A stretch of DNA of 63,582 nucleotides, the filler included, from Thermoplasmatota archaeon (GTDB taxonomy: Archaea > Thermoplasmatota > E2 > JACPAO01 > JAHFTW01), in NCBI GenBank assembly GCA_041623215.1. It is 3 parts of 3 records of this genome, joined end to end, with 100 filler letters (N's around TTAATTAATTAA, not from the genome) between each part and the next. Parts side by side here need not be neighbours in the genome. Positions count along the whole stretch, not along the records: positions 47,481 to 63,582 come from JBFJXH010000032.1; 2 more parts are not named here. One strand, given 5' to 3'. The position numbers were made by a program, and so were the translations under genes. Below, piece after piece: positions 55,718 to 63,582 of the stretch (its first letter is position 1; the number at the start of each line of letters is the position of its first letter). The notes under the pieces are model-generated. The model did no database searches. It had not been told where the DNA came from and saw nothing but the letters and a program-made list of their open reading frames with translations.

Positions 55718-55978
55718 TTAGCACGTGGTGGCAAATTGGGCGGCCGTTAGTTCCGTGTCCGCCTCATAGGTCACGTCGTCAACGGTGGTCGCCTGGCGTT
55801 GCAGCCCGGCAAGGCCATTGTCCTCGACGAAGAAGGCTGCGTGGCCATCCAGTGGCTCGACGAAAATGTAGCAATGATTGTAGGATTCTTCCAGCTGCGG
55901 CCCGTGCGCCGAGGCGCCGCCGGCCGCCACTACCAAAGCGGTTGCTAGCGCAGCGGCAAGTTTCGTTGTGAACTTCAT
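55718..55978 (-). CDS. small secreted protein, mature N-terminus probably His
   Basis: MKFTTKLAAALATALVVAAGGASA|HGP; GGTGAG RBS. Confidence 0.65.
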   Translation of the reverse strand: MKFTTKLAAALATALVVAAGGASAHGPQLEESYNHCYIFVEPLDGHAAFFVEDNGLAGLQRQATTVDDVTYEADTELTAAQFATTC

Positions 55979-56019
55979 GAACTCACCCTTGGGGAACCAG
56001 GCGCCAAACCTCTTAAGGA

Positions 56020-56037
56020 TTTGTCAAGTATTGAACA
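56020..56037 (+). promoter_or_regulatory. candidate operator TTTGTCA-N4-TTGAACA
   Basis: Lies between TTAAGG and ATG 56040; second copy at 60031-60048. Confidence 0.55.
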
Positions 56038-56039
56038 AT

Positions 56040-57971
56040 ATGCCCCGCCCGCTTGGTGCTGTCGTTGCCATGGCCCTCCTATTACTGGTCGCCGTGGGCT
56101 CCGTCGCAGGCCACCCGGGCCCGCCCCCGGAAGCGGGCTTCACCCGGGCGCTGCACGACTGCAATGATGACCAACCGGGCGGCGATGCGTTTGCCGGCAA
56201 TGGCCACGACCTCATTGCGCTCGACCTGGCGGAGGGCCCAGCCGGCTCGCACACTCACTTGCTTCTGCTGCGCCTGTACCTGAACGGGGGCTTTGCCACC
56301 AACCAATTAGATGGCCAACCTGCGCCGGGCGCCTCTGAGTACTTGCTTAACGAAATCACCTTCACGACGCCCGATGGCCCCAAGGCTGTGTGGCTCCGGG
56401 CCGACATGGCCGATGACGGCGAAAATTTCCCAACGCGCGCCTACAGGCAACTGTTTTCGGCCGTTCCCGCGCGCGGCGACGCCGCTGCTGCGTGGGTCGG
56501 AACGCCGGAACGTTTCTACAAAGACGGCGAGCCTGAAGAAGGCCTTGACGGCAACCGCGCACTCATTGATTTCGGCTTCACGCTGGCTTCGTTGGGCCTT
56601 GAACGCGGCGACGCAGTGACCGACTTCGCGGTAAAGTCCTACGGAGTCGAAAGCGATTCCGAGACCCTGAGTGACCACATGGCCGGAGGCCCCGGCGCCG
56701 GCCCCTGCACGGTTCAGACCAGCGATGCCTACTACGACCCCCCGGATTTTTCCTACCAAGTCCAGGGCCTCCCGAACATGGCGCCCGAGGCGGCCTTTAC
56801 CATTGCCGACGGACCCCACTACGCCGGCAGCGCCGTCCAATTCACCGACACCAGCACCGACGATTACGGCCTAGCCAGTCACGCTTGGACGTTCGGCGAC
56901 GGAACCACGGGGACCGGCCCCACGCCCACTCATGCCTTCCAGGCAGCGGGCAATTACACCATCACGCTCACGGTCACGGACAGTGACGGAGCAACCGACA
57001 CGGCTACGCAATCCCTGACAGTCCAACCAGCCCAAAACCGACCGCCAACCGCTCGCTTTGCCGTCAGCACCCATGGCCTCACAGTTTCGGTGGACGCGAC
57101 GAGCAGCAGCGACCCCGACGGTGACGCGCTCACCTACGCGTGGACCTTCAGCGACGGTGCCACGGCCAGCGGCGTCACCACCAACCACACCTTCGCGCAA
57201 GGAGGCGACCACACCATTAGCGTCGTGGTAACCGACCCCGGCGGCGCCAGTTCAACCACCGCCCGGAGCCTCACGTTGAGCGTGGCTGGCGCTCCGCCAA
57301 GCATCACCATTTCAGCCGATCCTGTCACCTCAATCGTAGGCAATCCAGTAGTCTTCACCGCGGCGACGTCCGATAGCGATGGCACTGTGTCCAGCGTCAT
57401 CTGGGACTTCGGCGACGGCGGCCAAGGAAATGGACAAACCGTCACCCATGCCTATGACGCCCCCGGCACCTACACCGTAACGGCCACGGCAACCGACAAC
57501 GACGGCTTGGCGGCCACCACCAGCCTAACGATTGCGATTGAGGCAGTATCCTCCCATCCGCCCGACGATGAAACCGACGAGCCCCCGGTAGCTTCGTTTT
57601 CGTTCCAACCTGCCAATCCTGCGCCCTTTGAGCCCGTCTTGTTCAAGGACGCATCCACCGACGGCCAAGGGCTAGCCGCCTGGTTCTGGGACTTCGGCGA
57701 CGGCGCAACCAGCGACCGACCCGAACCCGCCCACACCTTCACAACTACCGGCAACTTCCGCGTGACGTTGCGCGTCACGGACACTGCTGGCCACCAACAC
57801 CAAGTCTCCCAAGTGGTCCTCGTGAGCAAGGAAGCACCGGCCGATTCAACCCCGCCCGGGGCCGATGAAGACGAGGATACCCCCGGCATCATGCCGCTTG
57901 CAAGCCTAGCCATCGTGGTCGTGGCCGCGTGGGCCGTCCGGCTGTCGTCACGACGCGGGCCCCTCCCGTGA
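56040..57971 (+). CDS. cell-surface protein with four PKD domains and C-terminal sorting signal
   Basis: Signal peptide; WTFGDG, WTFSDG, 2x WDFGDG; DTPG-hydrophobic-RR tail. Confidence 0.88.
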   Translation: MPRPLGAVVAMALLLLVAVGSVAGHPGPPPEAGFTRALHDCNDDQPGGDAFAGNGHDLIALDLAEGPAGSHTHLLLLRLYLNGGFATNQLDGQPAPGASEYLLNEITFTTPDGPKAVWLRADMADDGENFPTRAYRQLFSAVPARGDAAAAWVGTPERFYKDGEPEEGLDGNRALIDFGFTLASLGLERGDAVTDFAVKSYGVESDSETLSDHMAGGPGAGPCTVQTSDAYYDPPDFSYQVQGLPNMAPEAAFTIADGPHYAGSAVQFTDTSTDDYGLASHAWTFGDGTTGTGPTPTHAFQAAGNYTITLTVTDSDGATDTATQSLTVQPAQNRPPTARFAVSTHGLTVSVDATSSSDPDGDALTYAWTFSDGATASGVTTNHTFAQGGDHTISVVVTDPGGASSTTARSLTLSVAGAPPSITISADPVTSIVGNPVVFTAATSDSDGTVSSVIWDFGDGGQGNGQTVTHAYDAPGTYTVTATATDNDGLAATTSLTIAIEAVSSHPPDDETDEPPVASFSFQPANPAPFEPVLFKDASTDGQGLAAWFWDFGDGATSDRPEPAHTFTTTGNFRVTLRVTDTAGHQHQVSQVVLVSKEAPADSTPPGADEDEDTPGIMPLASLAIVVVAAWAVRLSSRRGPLP

Positions 57972-59518
57972 ACATCACGCGCGGCCGGTCCCACCGGTGC
58001 TGGTTATTGGTGCTGGTCGTACCCCTGGTCGCTGCTGCCGTAATGCCACAGGCAGCGGGGCACGCCGTACCGTTTGACTCCCAGCCCTCGGCTGGCACCA
58101 GCCTTCCCCAATCCCCTCCAGAAGTTTGGGTACGCTTCACTGAGCCCTTGCACGGTGACGGCTCGTTCGTCCACGTTGTCGCAGCGGATGGAACACGCTG
58201 GGACGCAGGCAATCGCCTCGAAGGGACAGACACCCCGACGATTCACGTAACGCTCAGAAATCCGTTGCCGGACGGCGCCTATCGGTTGGTCTGGCAGACG
58301 TTCAGCGCCACCGACGGCCATGTGGTTTCAGGCAGCATTGGCTTTGCCATCGGTGACGCGGCAGCTCCCGCCTCGGCGCAAACGTCCGGCGTGGATTCGC
58401 TGCACTTAGCTGGGCGAATCTTAACGCACCTGGGCTTGGCTATGGCGGCGACAGTGCTGTGGACAGGGCTCCTAGCGACCCCGCAGGCAGCCCGACCGTG
58501 GCGCGACCTTGGCTTGGTGCTACACGGCGCGGGCGTGGTCCTGCTGGCGGCCTCGACCTGGCGTGCCACCGGCTCGCTGGCAGCCGTAACCGCAGATCCG
58601 GTGCTGGTGGCCCGCATGGTCCTCGCCGTTGGCTGGGCACTTCCCGTGATACGGCAATTTGACCTTCCGGCTTGGGGGCTGGCCGTTGTATTGGCAGCGC
58701 AACGAGGCCATGCTACAGGCGATGTCATTGGCATCGCGTTGGAAACCCTCCATGCCGCGAGCGCCGCTGCTTGGGTGGGCGGACTTCTTGCCTTGTGGTG
58801 GGCGCTGCGGGATGACGAGCGCCATGCCATGCTGCGTGGTAGTCGCTTTGGCAGTCGCGCCGCGATTCTGGCCGCAGGCGCGGTTGTCTCCGGCTTGATG
58901 CTTTCCGCTCTGCTGCTAGGCCCGGACTTGCTGCGCTTGAACTGGCTCACGGGGCCCTGGGGCCTAGCGCTGGGAAGCAAGCTGGTTGCCATTGCCGTCA
59001 TGCTGCTGCTGGCATGGGCTAACCGCCGCGGTCTACGCGGCGACTGGCAATGGCGCCGGCTGGTGGCCGGCGAGGTGGCTGCTGGAGCAGTGGTGCTCCT
59101 GTTGGCCGGTGTCATGCTTGCGGCCACGCCGCCAACGATGGCAGGTTCCATCGGCCAATTGCCCGACGGCGACGCGGGACTGCATGTGACTGGGAACGGG
59201 CGCGAACTGTTGGCCCACGGGTGGCTCACACCCACTCCTGCCAATGGGAGCTTCGTCCAGGTTAGGTTGCAAGTCGTCCATGACGGTCAGCCGGTTGCCA
59301 ATAACACCTGTGGCCGCGAAACTTGTCTGCAATTTGCTTGGTGGCAGGAAGGCGATGACACATCCCGCCAGGAGGCTTGGATGACGCCCACTGGCGAGGG
59401 TTGGTGGGAAGCGGACGGGGTGCTCATCACCGCTGCGGGAGTACACCAATGGGAAGTGGTTGCCCAGACGTCAGCAATTTACCAAGACCGAATCCAAGGC
59501 AACTTCACGGCTTCCTAG
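57968..59518 (+). CDS. CopC-CopD fusion copper transport protein with extra C-terminal domain
   Basis: Signal then HA..DSQP, F.EP, DGHVVSG (CopC); GHA, LH..AAWVGGL, WG..L..K (CopD). Confidence 0.85.
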   Translation: MNITRGRSHRCWLLVLVVPLVAAAVMPQAAGHAVPFDSQPSAGTSLPQSPPEVWVRFTEPLHGDGSFVHVVAADGTRWDAGNRLEGTDTPTIHVTLRNPLPDGAYRLVWQTFSATDGHVVSGSIGFAIGDAAAPASAQTSGVDSLHLAGRILTHLGLAMAATVLWTGLLATPQAARPWRDLGLVLHGAGVVLLAASTWRATGSLAAVTADPVLVARMVLAVGWALPVIRQFDLPAWGLAVVLAAQRGHATGDVIGIALETLHAASAAAWVGGLLALWWALRDDERHAMLRGSRFGSRAAILAAGAVVSGLMLSALLLGPDLLRLNWLTGPWGLALGSKLVAIAVMLLLAWANRRGLRGDWQWRRLVAGEVAAGAVVLLLAGVMLAATPPTMAGSIGQLPDGDAGLHVTGNGRELLAHGWLTPTPANGSFVQVRLQVVHDGQPVANNTCGRETCLQFAWWQEGDDTSRQEAWMTPTGEGWWEADGVLITAAGVHQWEVVAQTSAIYQDRIQGNFTAS

Positions 59519-59539
59519 CTCGTGGCCGACTGGCATCGG

Positions 59540-60028
59540 CTAGGCACGACGGCGAACGAACGCCAAGGCTGCCAGGCCAGCCACAACAAGGCCTAGGGCA
59601 GGGGCCGGCGAATCGTTGCCTTCACCGTCGGCCGTGCCATGATCATGGTCGCCGTGGTCATGGTCATCATGGCCGTTTCCACCGGCGGCTTGGGTGCCAC
59701 CCATGACCATGATGGCCGCATCACTGTCATTTACGAACGTGACCGTGTCGCCGCTTGCAATCATCAACATGTCCGGCGTCCAAGCTGTGTCGTAGCGGAC
59801 CGTGTGCGAAGCGCCCGTACCTTGGGCTTCATGCACCATAATCTTGGCTTGGACCGCAGGCGCGTGATGGTTATGATAGTCAAAGGTCCCCGTCGTAGTG
59901 AAGGTGTACGACCACGAGGCGCCGGGAGCGATGTCCTCACTCTGGACGAAGGAGTCTTGGGCGGTGCTGGACCCGGCAATCATCAGGAGAATCAGAAAGG
60001 CAGCGGGAAGCGCAATGAACCGAAACAT
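59540..60028 (-). CDS. anchored cupredoxin-like protein, circularly permuted, with His-rich linker
   Basis: IAPGASWSYTFTTTGTFDYH precedes WTPDMLMIASGDTVTFVN; HDDHDHGDHDH; DSP-hydrophobic-RRR tail. Confidence 0.75.
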   Translation of the reverse strand: MFRFIALPAAFLILLMIAGSSTAQDSFVQSEDIAPGASWSYTFTTTGTFDYHNHHAPAVQAKIMVHEAQGTGASHTVRYDTAWTPDMLMIASGDTVTFVNDSDAAIMVMGGTQAAGGNGHDDHDHGDHDHGTADGEGNDSPAPALGLVVAGLAALAFVRRRA

Positions 60029-60030
60029 GG

Positions 60031-60048
60031 TGTTCAACTTCTGTCAAA
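60031..60048 (-). promoter_or_regulatory. candidate operator TTTGACA-N4-TTGAACA
   Basis: Same motif and same 2-nt spacing to ATG as 56020-56037. Confidence 0.55.
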
Positions 60049-60141
60049 ACTGGGGCTATTTGGGGTTTGTCGAGCAGCCCTGGGGCAAGGTGGCAGGCGC
60101 GCATACTGGGCCCTTTTGTTTGTCGGCCCCCATGGCCAGCC

Positions 60142-60417
60142 GTGGCTCACCCGTCCGAAATCGCCGCAAGCGTCATTGTGCTCGTCGTCGCTGGCGTCGC
60201 CCTTGGCTTGGCGGCCCTGGCCTGGCAAAGTCGACGCCGCACGGGCGACAACCGATTGACATTCGTGGCAGGCGCGTTTGCGCTGCTTGCTACGAAGAGT
60301 ATCATCGTGGCCGTGTCGTTAAACAACGGCATGATTGGCCACCAGCACCTGGAATTGCTCGCCGCCCTGTTTGACCTAGGTGTGGTCACCCTGTTGGCTC
60401 TGCCGTTGGTACGTTAA
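60142..60417 (+). CDS. small 3-TM membrane protein paired with HTH regulator
   Basis: ALAWQSRRRTGDNRLTFVAGAFALL; abuts the next ATG. Confidence 0.7.
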   Translation: MAHPSEIAASVIVLVVAGVALGLAALAWQSRRRTGDNRLTFVAGAFALLATKSIIVAVSLNNGMIGHQHLELLAALFDLGVVTLLALPLVR

Positions 60418-60903
60418 ATGGACATGCCACAGCGAATTCTCAACACCATCCGTGCATATCCCGGCCTACATTTGCGCGAGCTAGCGCGGCAAATGGATAC
60501 CAGCGTAACGCTCATCGAATACCATGTCCCCGGTCTTGAGGCAGCAGGGCATGTTCGTCGCGTCGAAGAAGACGGCGTGCACCGTTTGTACGCCTCGAAC
60601 CAACAACTCGACGAACAGCTGATTGCCTGCCTTCGCGACTCCAAGCGCTTGCAAATCACACTTGTTCTGTTGCAAGAAGACGCCATGCGCCACGGCGACT
60701 TGGCCGCCGCCACAGGGCTTGGCAAATCGACCTTGTCGTTTCACCTGAAACGGCTCGAACGCGCCGGCGTGGCGACGCGGGACGAGCGCGGTCAGATTCT
60801 GCTCGCGGACCCCGCCGGAGTCCGGGCCGTATTGGCTACGCACCGCCCCACGCCCGACCTCGTGGACCGGTTTGGCGACATGTGGGGCCAATTGTACGGC
60901 TAG
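60418..60903 (+). CDS. double winged-HTH transcriptional regulator
   Basis: PGLHLRELAR..YHV..LE and DLAAATGLGKSTLSFHLKRLERAG. Confidence 0.85.
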   Translation: MDMPQRILNTIRAYPGLHLRELARQMDTSVTLIEYHVPGLEAAGHVRRVEEDGVHRLYASNQQLDEQLIACLRDSKRLQITLVLLQEDAMRHGDLAAATGLGKSTLSFHLKRLERAGVATRDERGQILLADPAGVRAVLATHRPTPDLVDRFGDMWGQLYG

Positions 60904-60925
60904 TTTTTGCTGGGTGGCTATCCAC

Positions 60926-61531
60926 CTAGGCCGCTGCGTCTTCTACGATTTCGCCCTCGTTGGCCGTCTCTTCGCCGCTGGTGGCATCTTCAACGATTTC
61001 CGTGGTCGTCTTGCCAATGACCGGGGTGAACCGCCAGGCACCGTTGCCTTGCTGGTGCAGCGACCGGTCAAGGTCGTAGTCGATGATAATCTTGGTTTCC
61101 ATGTCCGCCTGCACCTCAAACGACTGCACCATTTTGAGCGTGCCACTTGAAACGGTGATGGGCACCCGATTGTCGTCCTTGATACCGTAGGCGCTCTGGA
61201 CAATGATACGAATTTGCGTGTAATTGCCGGCCGGCAAATCCGCCTCTCCCAGGAATGCAGCAGCCGTGCCGTTGGCCGCCAACAAGTCAATGTCTTGTCC
61301 TGATGCATTTTCGAACAGGACCATCCAACCGCCGTCGCTCTCTTCGGCATCCTCGTCGGATTCCGCGCCCGACTCATGGACGCGAACCTCTGTGAAGACG
61401 ACATGAATCTCATCAAATTCGTCCGTGGGAGCATCCTTCACGTAGATGCTGGCGGAACCTTCCTCGCCGCTCGCGGTGCAACCCGCAAGGGCAATGGCGA
61501 GAACAAGCAAAATGGATGCAATGGCTTTCAT
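60926..61531 (-). CDS. DUF4382-like lipoprotein
   Basis: LAGC lipobox; KDAP, EVRVH, DLL, LPAGNYTQIRI, IIDYDLDRS, FTPVI. Confidence 0.8.
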   Translation of the reverse strand: MKAIASILLVLAIALAGCTASGEEGSASIYVKDAPTDEFDEIHVVFTEVRVHESGAESDEDAEESDGGWMVLFENASGQDIDLLAANGTAAAFLGEADLPAGNYTQIRIIVQSAYGIKDDNRVPITVSSGTLKMVQSFEVQADMETKIIIDYDLDRSLHQQGNGAWRFTPVIGKTTTEIVEDATSGEETANEGEIVEDAAA

Positions 61532-61612
61532 CAGGCATGGACCCCGCTTCGTCCTATTTAGAACCCTGGCGCAGCGTCGCATCTTAATCGGACCGTCGGC
61601 AATCAGCCACGC

Positions 61613-62035
61613 ATGATTGCGAGCCCGCGGTGGATGTTGAGCTTGGCACTTGCAATTCTGGCCCTTCACTCCCTAGCCTATGGCACCGCTTCCGTGGCAG
61701 ATCCTAGCGGGATGGCAAAGGAATTCGGCGACGACCAGCCCCCCAATGAATCGGCCGAGAATCTAACCGGCCTGGTGGGGGTGCTACTGATGCTCATGGG
61801 CGTGGCTGCGGCGCTCGCCTCCTATTGGACGGCGCGTTACGCCTGTCCAGAAGGAATTTGGTTGGCTGGCGCCCTCGCCGTCGTAACCTTCGCCGTGGGA
61901 CTTTACTGGACAAGCCGAGGTCGCTTCTGGGATGCGGGCTTCTATCTCAGTGCAGGCAGCTTGCTTGGGGGCATGACACTGTGGCTGGCACGACAGCAAA
62001 GGTTGCGTGGACCGGACGAGCGGCACGAATCATAG
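61613..62035 (+). CDS. hypothetical 4-TM membrane protein
   Basis: Four hydrophobic segments in 140 aa. Confidence 0.55.
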   Translation: MIASPRWMLSLALAILALHSLAYGTASVADPSGMAKEFGDDQPPNESAENLTGLVGVLLMLMGVAAALASYWTARYACPEGIWLAGALAVVTFAVGLYWTSRGRFWDAGFYLSAGSLLGGMTLWLARQQRLRGPDERHES

Positions 62036-62072
62036 CGGCGGCACGTCAGGAAGATGGCGGGCCGGCGCCGTT

Positions 62073-62981
62073 CTACGGTAGCCAATCGTACTGTCGGAAG
62101 TCCGGCTTCTTGCCCGCATTGTAGGAGTCCCGTCCATGCTGGCCTTCCTCGGTCATGTAGAACATCAGCGTAGCGTTACCTGCCAGTTCTTGGATGCCCG
62201 CCTGGCCATCCAAGGCCGCATTGAAACCGGACTTGAGGGCGCGAATGGCAATCGGCGAGTGTTGCAGAATCTCGCGGGCCCATTGGACCCCCTCCGTCTC
62301 CAGGTTTTCCAACGGGACGACCTTGTTGACGAGGCCCATCGCCTCGGCTTCGGAAGCATCGTATTGGCGGCAGAGATACCAGATTTCACGCGCCTTCTTT
62401 TGGCCAACGATATCCGCCAAGTAACTGCTGCCAAAGCCACCGTCGAAAGAGCCAACGCGCGGACCGGTCTGCTGGAAAATCGCATTGTCGGCGGCAATGG
62501 TAAGATCACAAATCACGTGCAAGACGTGTCCGCCGCCAACCGCGTAACCCGGCACGAGGGCGATGACCACCTTGGGCATGGTGCGAATGATTCGTTGCAG
62601 CCGTAGAACATTGAGCCGGGGCACGCCGTCCCCCCCAACATAGCCAGCGTCGCCGCGCACCGATTGGTCGCCGCCCGAGCAAAACGCCCACTTGCCATCC
62701 TTGGGCGAGGGCCCATTGCCGGTCAAAAGAACCACCCCAATGGAGGTGTCGTGCCAGGCATCCATCATGGCGTCGATGAGTGCGTCGGTCGTCTCGGGCC
62801 TGAACGCGTTTCGGATGCGCGGCCGGTTGAAGCCGATGCGGGCAATCCCGTCGCACTTGTGGTAGGTGATGTCTTCGTGGCTGGGCTGGACTTCCCACGC
62901 ATCGTCAGTCATGATGGTGCTTGGACGTGCGCCTTCCACGGGACTTTCGGGCGCCGAGGACGCAGCCGTCGTCTCAGTCAT
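62073..62981 (-). CDS. menB: 1,4-dihydroxy-2-naphthoyl-CoA synthase
   Basis: [45 protein letters not shown]. Confidence 0.96.
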   Translation of the reverse strand: MTETTAASSAPESPVEGARPSTIMTDDAWEVQPSHEDITYHKCDGIARIGFNRPRIRNAFRPETTDALIDAMMDAWHDTSIGVVLLTGNGPSPKDGKWAFCSGGDQSVRGDAGYVGGDGVPRLNVLRLQRIIRTMPKVVIALVPGYAVGGGHVLHVICDLTIAADNAIFQQTGPRVGSFDGGFGSSYLADIVGQKKAREIWYLCRQYDASEAEAMGLVNKVVPLENLETEGVQWAREILQHSPIAIRALKSGFNAALDGQAGIQELAGNATLMFYMTEEGQHGRDSYNAGKKPDFRQYDWLP

Positions 62982-63032
62982 GCGCGCGGCCACGAAAGGT
63001 TCCCTCTTGAAGCATCGGGCAGGAGGATTGCG

Positions 63033-63582
63033 CTAGTTCCCCGCTGCGATTTGCACGATGCGCACTTGCGATTCAACGCCCCAAACGCGGGCTGCACTGG
63101 CCAAGTGGGCGTCGTGTGGCGCCACGAACAGTTCTTCGTACGCGGGTCGCTCTGGGTGGCCCAGCGGCAACCGGTCAAAGATGCGGCCGCCGCCGTTGTT
63201 GACCACCACGACCTCGCATGCGGTGTCACGGACCGCTTCGAGGCCTGTCAGGTCGTGCAGGAAAGAGTGGTCGCCCACTACGCAGACCACGCGTTCTCCG
63301 GTGGCCCAAGCAGCGCCGGCCGCCGACGCAATTTGGCCATCGATGCCGGACACGCCACGGTTTCCAAGCACGCGGCAGCGCGGGCGTATTGCCTGCAAGT
63401 CGCGTACGGGCGTGGAGTTTCCAATCCAAAGGTCGCCGCCGTTCGCCGCCAAATCTGTGACAACTTCTTGCAGCAGTAAGACGCCGGGCTCATCCGGAGG
63501 GCGAGGCCACTCAGCATCCAAGGTCCAGGCATCCAGCCCTAACGTTGCAACGAGCCCAGCTGCTGCCGGCAGCGAAGTTGCC
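63033..63582 (-). CDS. menD: SEPHCHC synthase, C-terminal part (runs off the window)
   Basis: GNSTPVRD, NRGVSGIDG, GDHSFLHD, NNGGGRIF. Confidence 0.92.
   Translation of the reverse strand, partial: ATSLPAAAGLVATLGLDAWTLDAEWPRPPDEPGVLLLQEVVTDLAANGGDLWIGNSTPVRDLQAIRPRCRVLGNRGVSGIDGQIASAAGAAWATGERVVCVVGDHSFLHDLTGLEAVRDTACEVVVVNNGGGRIFDRLPLGHPERPAYEELFVAPHDAHLASAARVWGVESQVRIVQIAAGN

Noticed and set aside
1..63582. tRNA, rRNA, CRISPR arrays, transposases, integrases
   Set aside because: None recognised by eye: no T-loop/cloverleaf, no regularly spaced repeats, no DDE or tyrosine-recombinase motifs; tRNAscan-SE and a CRISPR finder would confirm

Overview
GC-rich archaeal DNA, probably Thermoplasmatota-like. 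This is inferred from topoisomerase VI, rpl7ae-rps28e-rpl24e, NAC, HerA-Mre11-Rad50, TATA promoters and AGGTGA ribosome-binding sites. The window is three contigs joined by artificial N/TTAATTAATTAA spacers (1-24413, 24514-47380, 47481-63582), so linkage across the spacers is meaningless. Contig 1: top6B/top6A, gdhA, a lipoprotein plus MMPL transporter, ribosomal proteins, Pop5, NAC, NnrE-NnrD and a candidate corrinoid-uptake cluster (HTH regulator, tandem ECF ATPase, fused EcfT-S component, two DUF4430-like proteins, an anchored alpha-barrel protein). Contig 2: herA-mre11-rad50-tldD-tldE, pdxT, pdxS, a degenerate Fe-ADH facing a PduS/RnfC-like gene, an ALDH and an ABC exporter. Contig 3: 2-oxoacid:ferredoxin oxidoreductase and o-succinylbenzoate-route menaquinone genes split by a copper/cell-surface island. 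Signals absent from the ORF track: a probable ATC start for top6B, tandem k-turns over the rpl7ae RBS, a C/D box sRNA, a 46-aa zinc-finger microprotein, a circularly permuted Cys-less cupredoxin and a shared operator-like motif in the copper island. All family calls come from motif recognition by eye, not from database searches.
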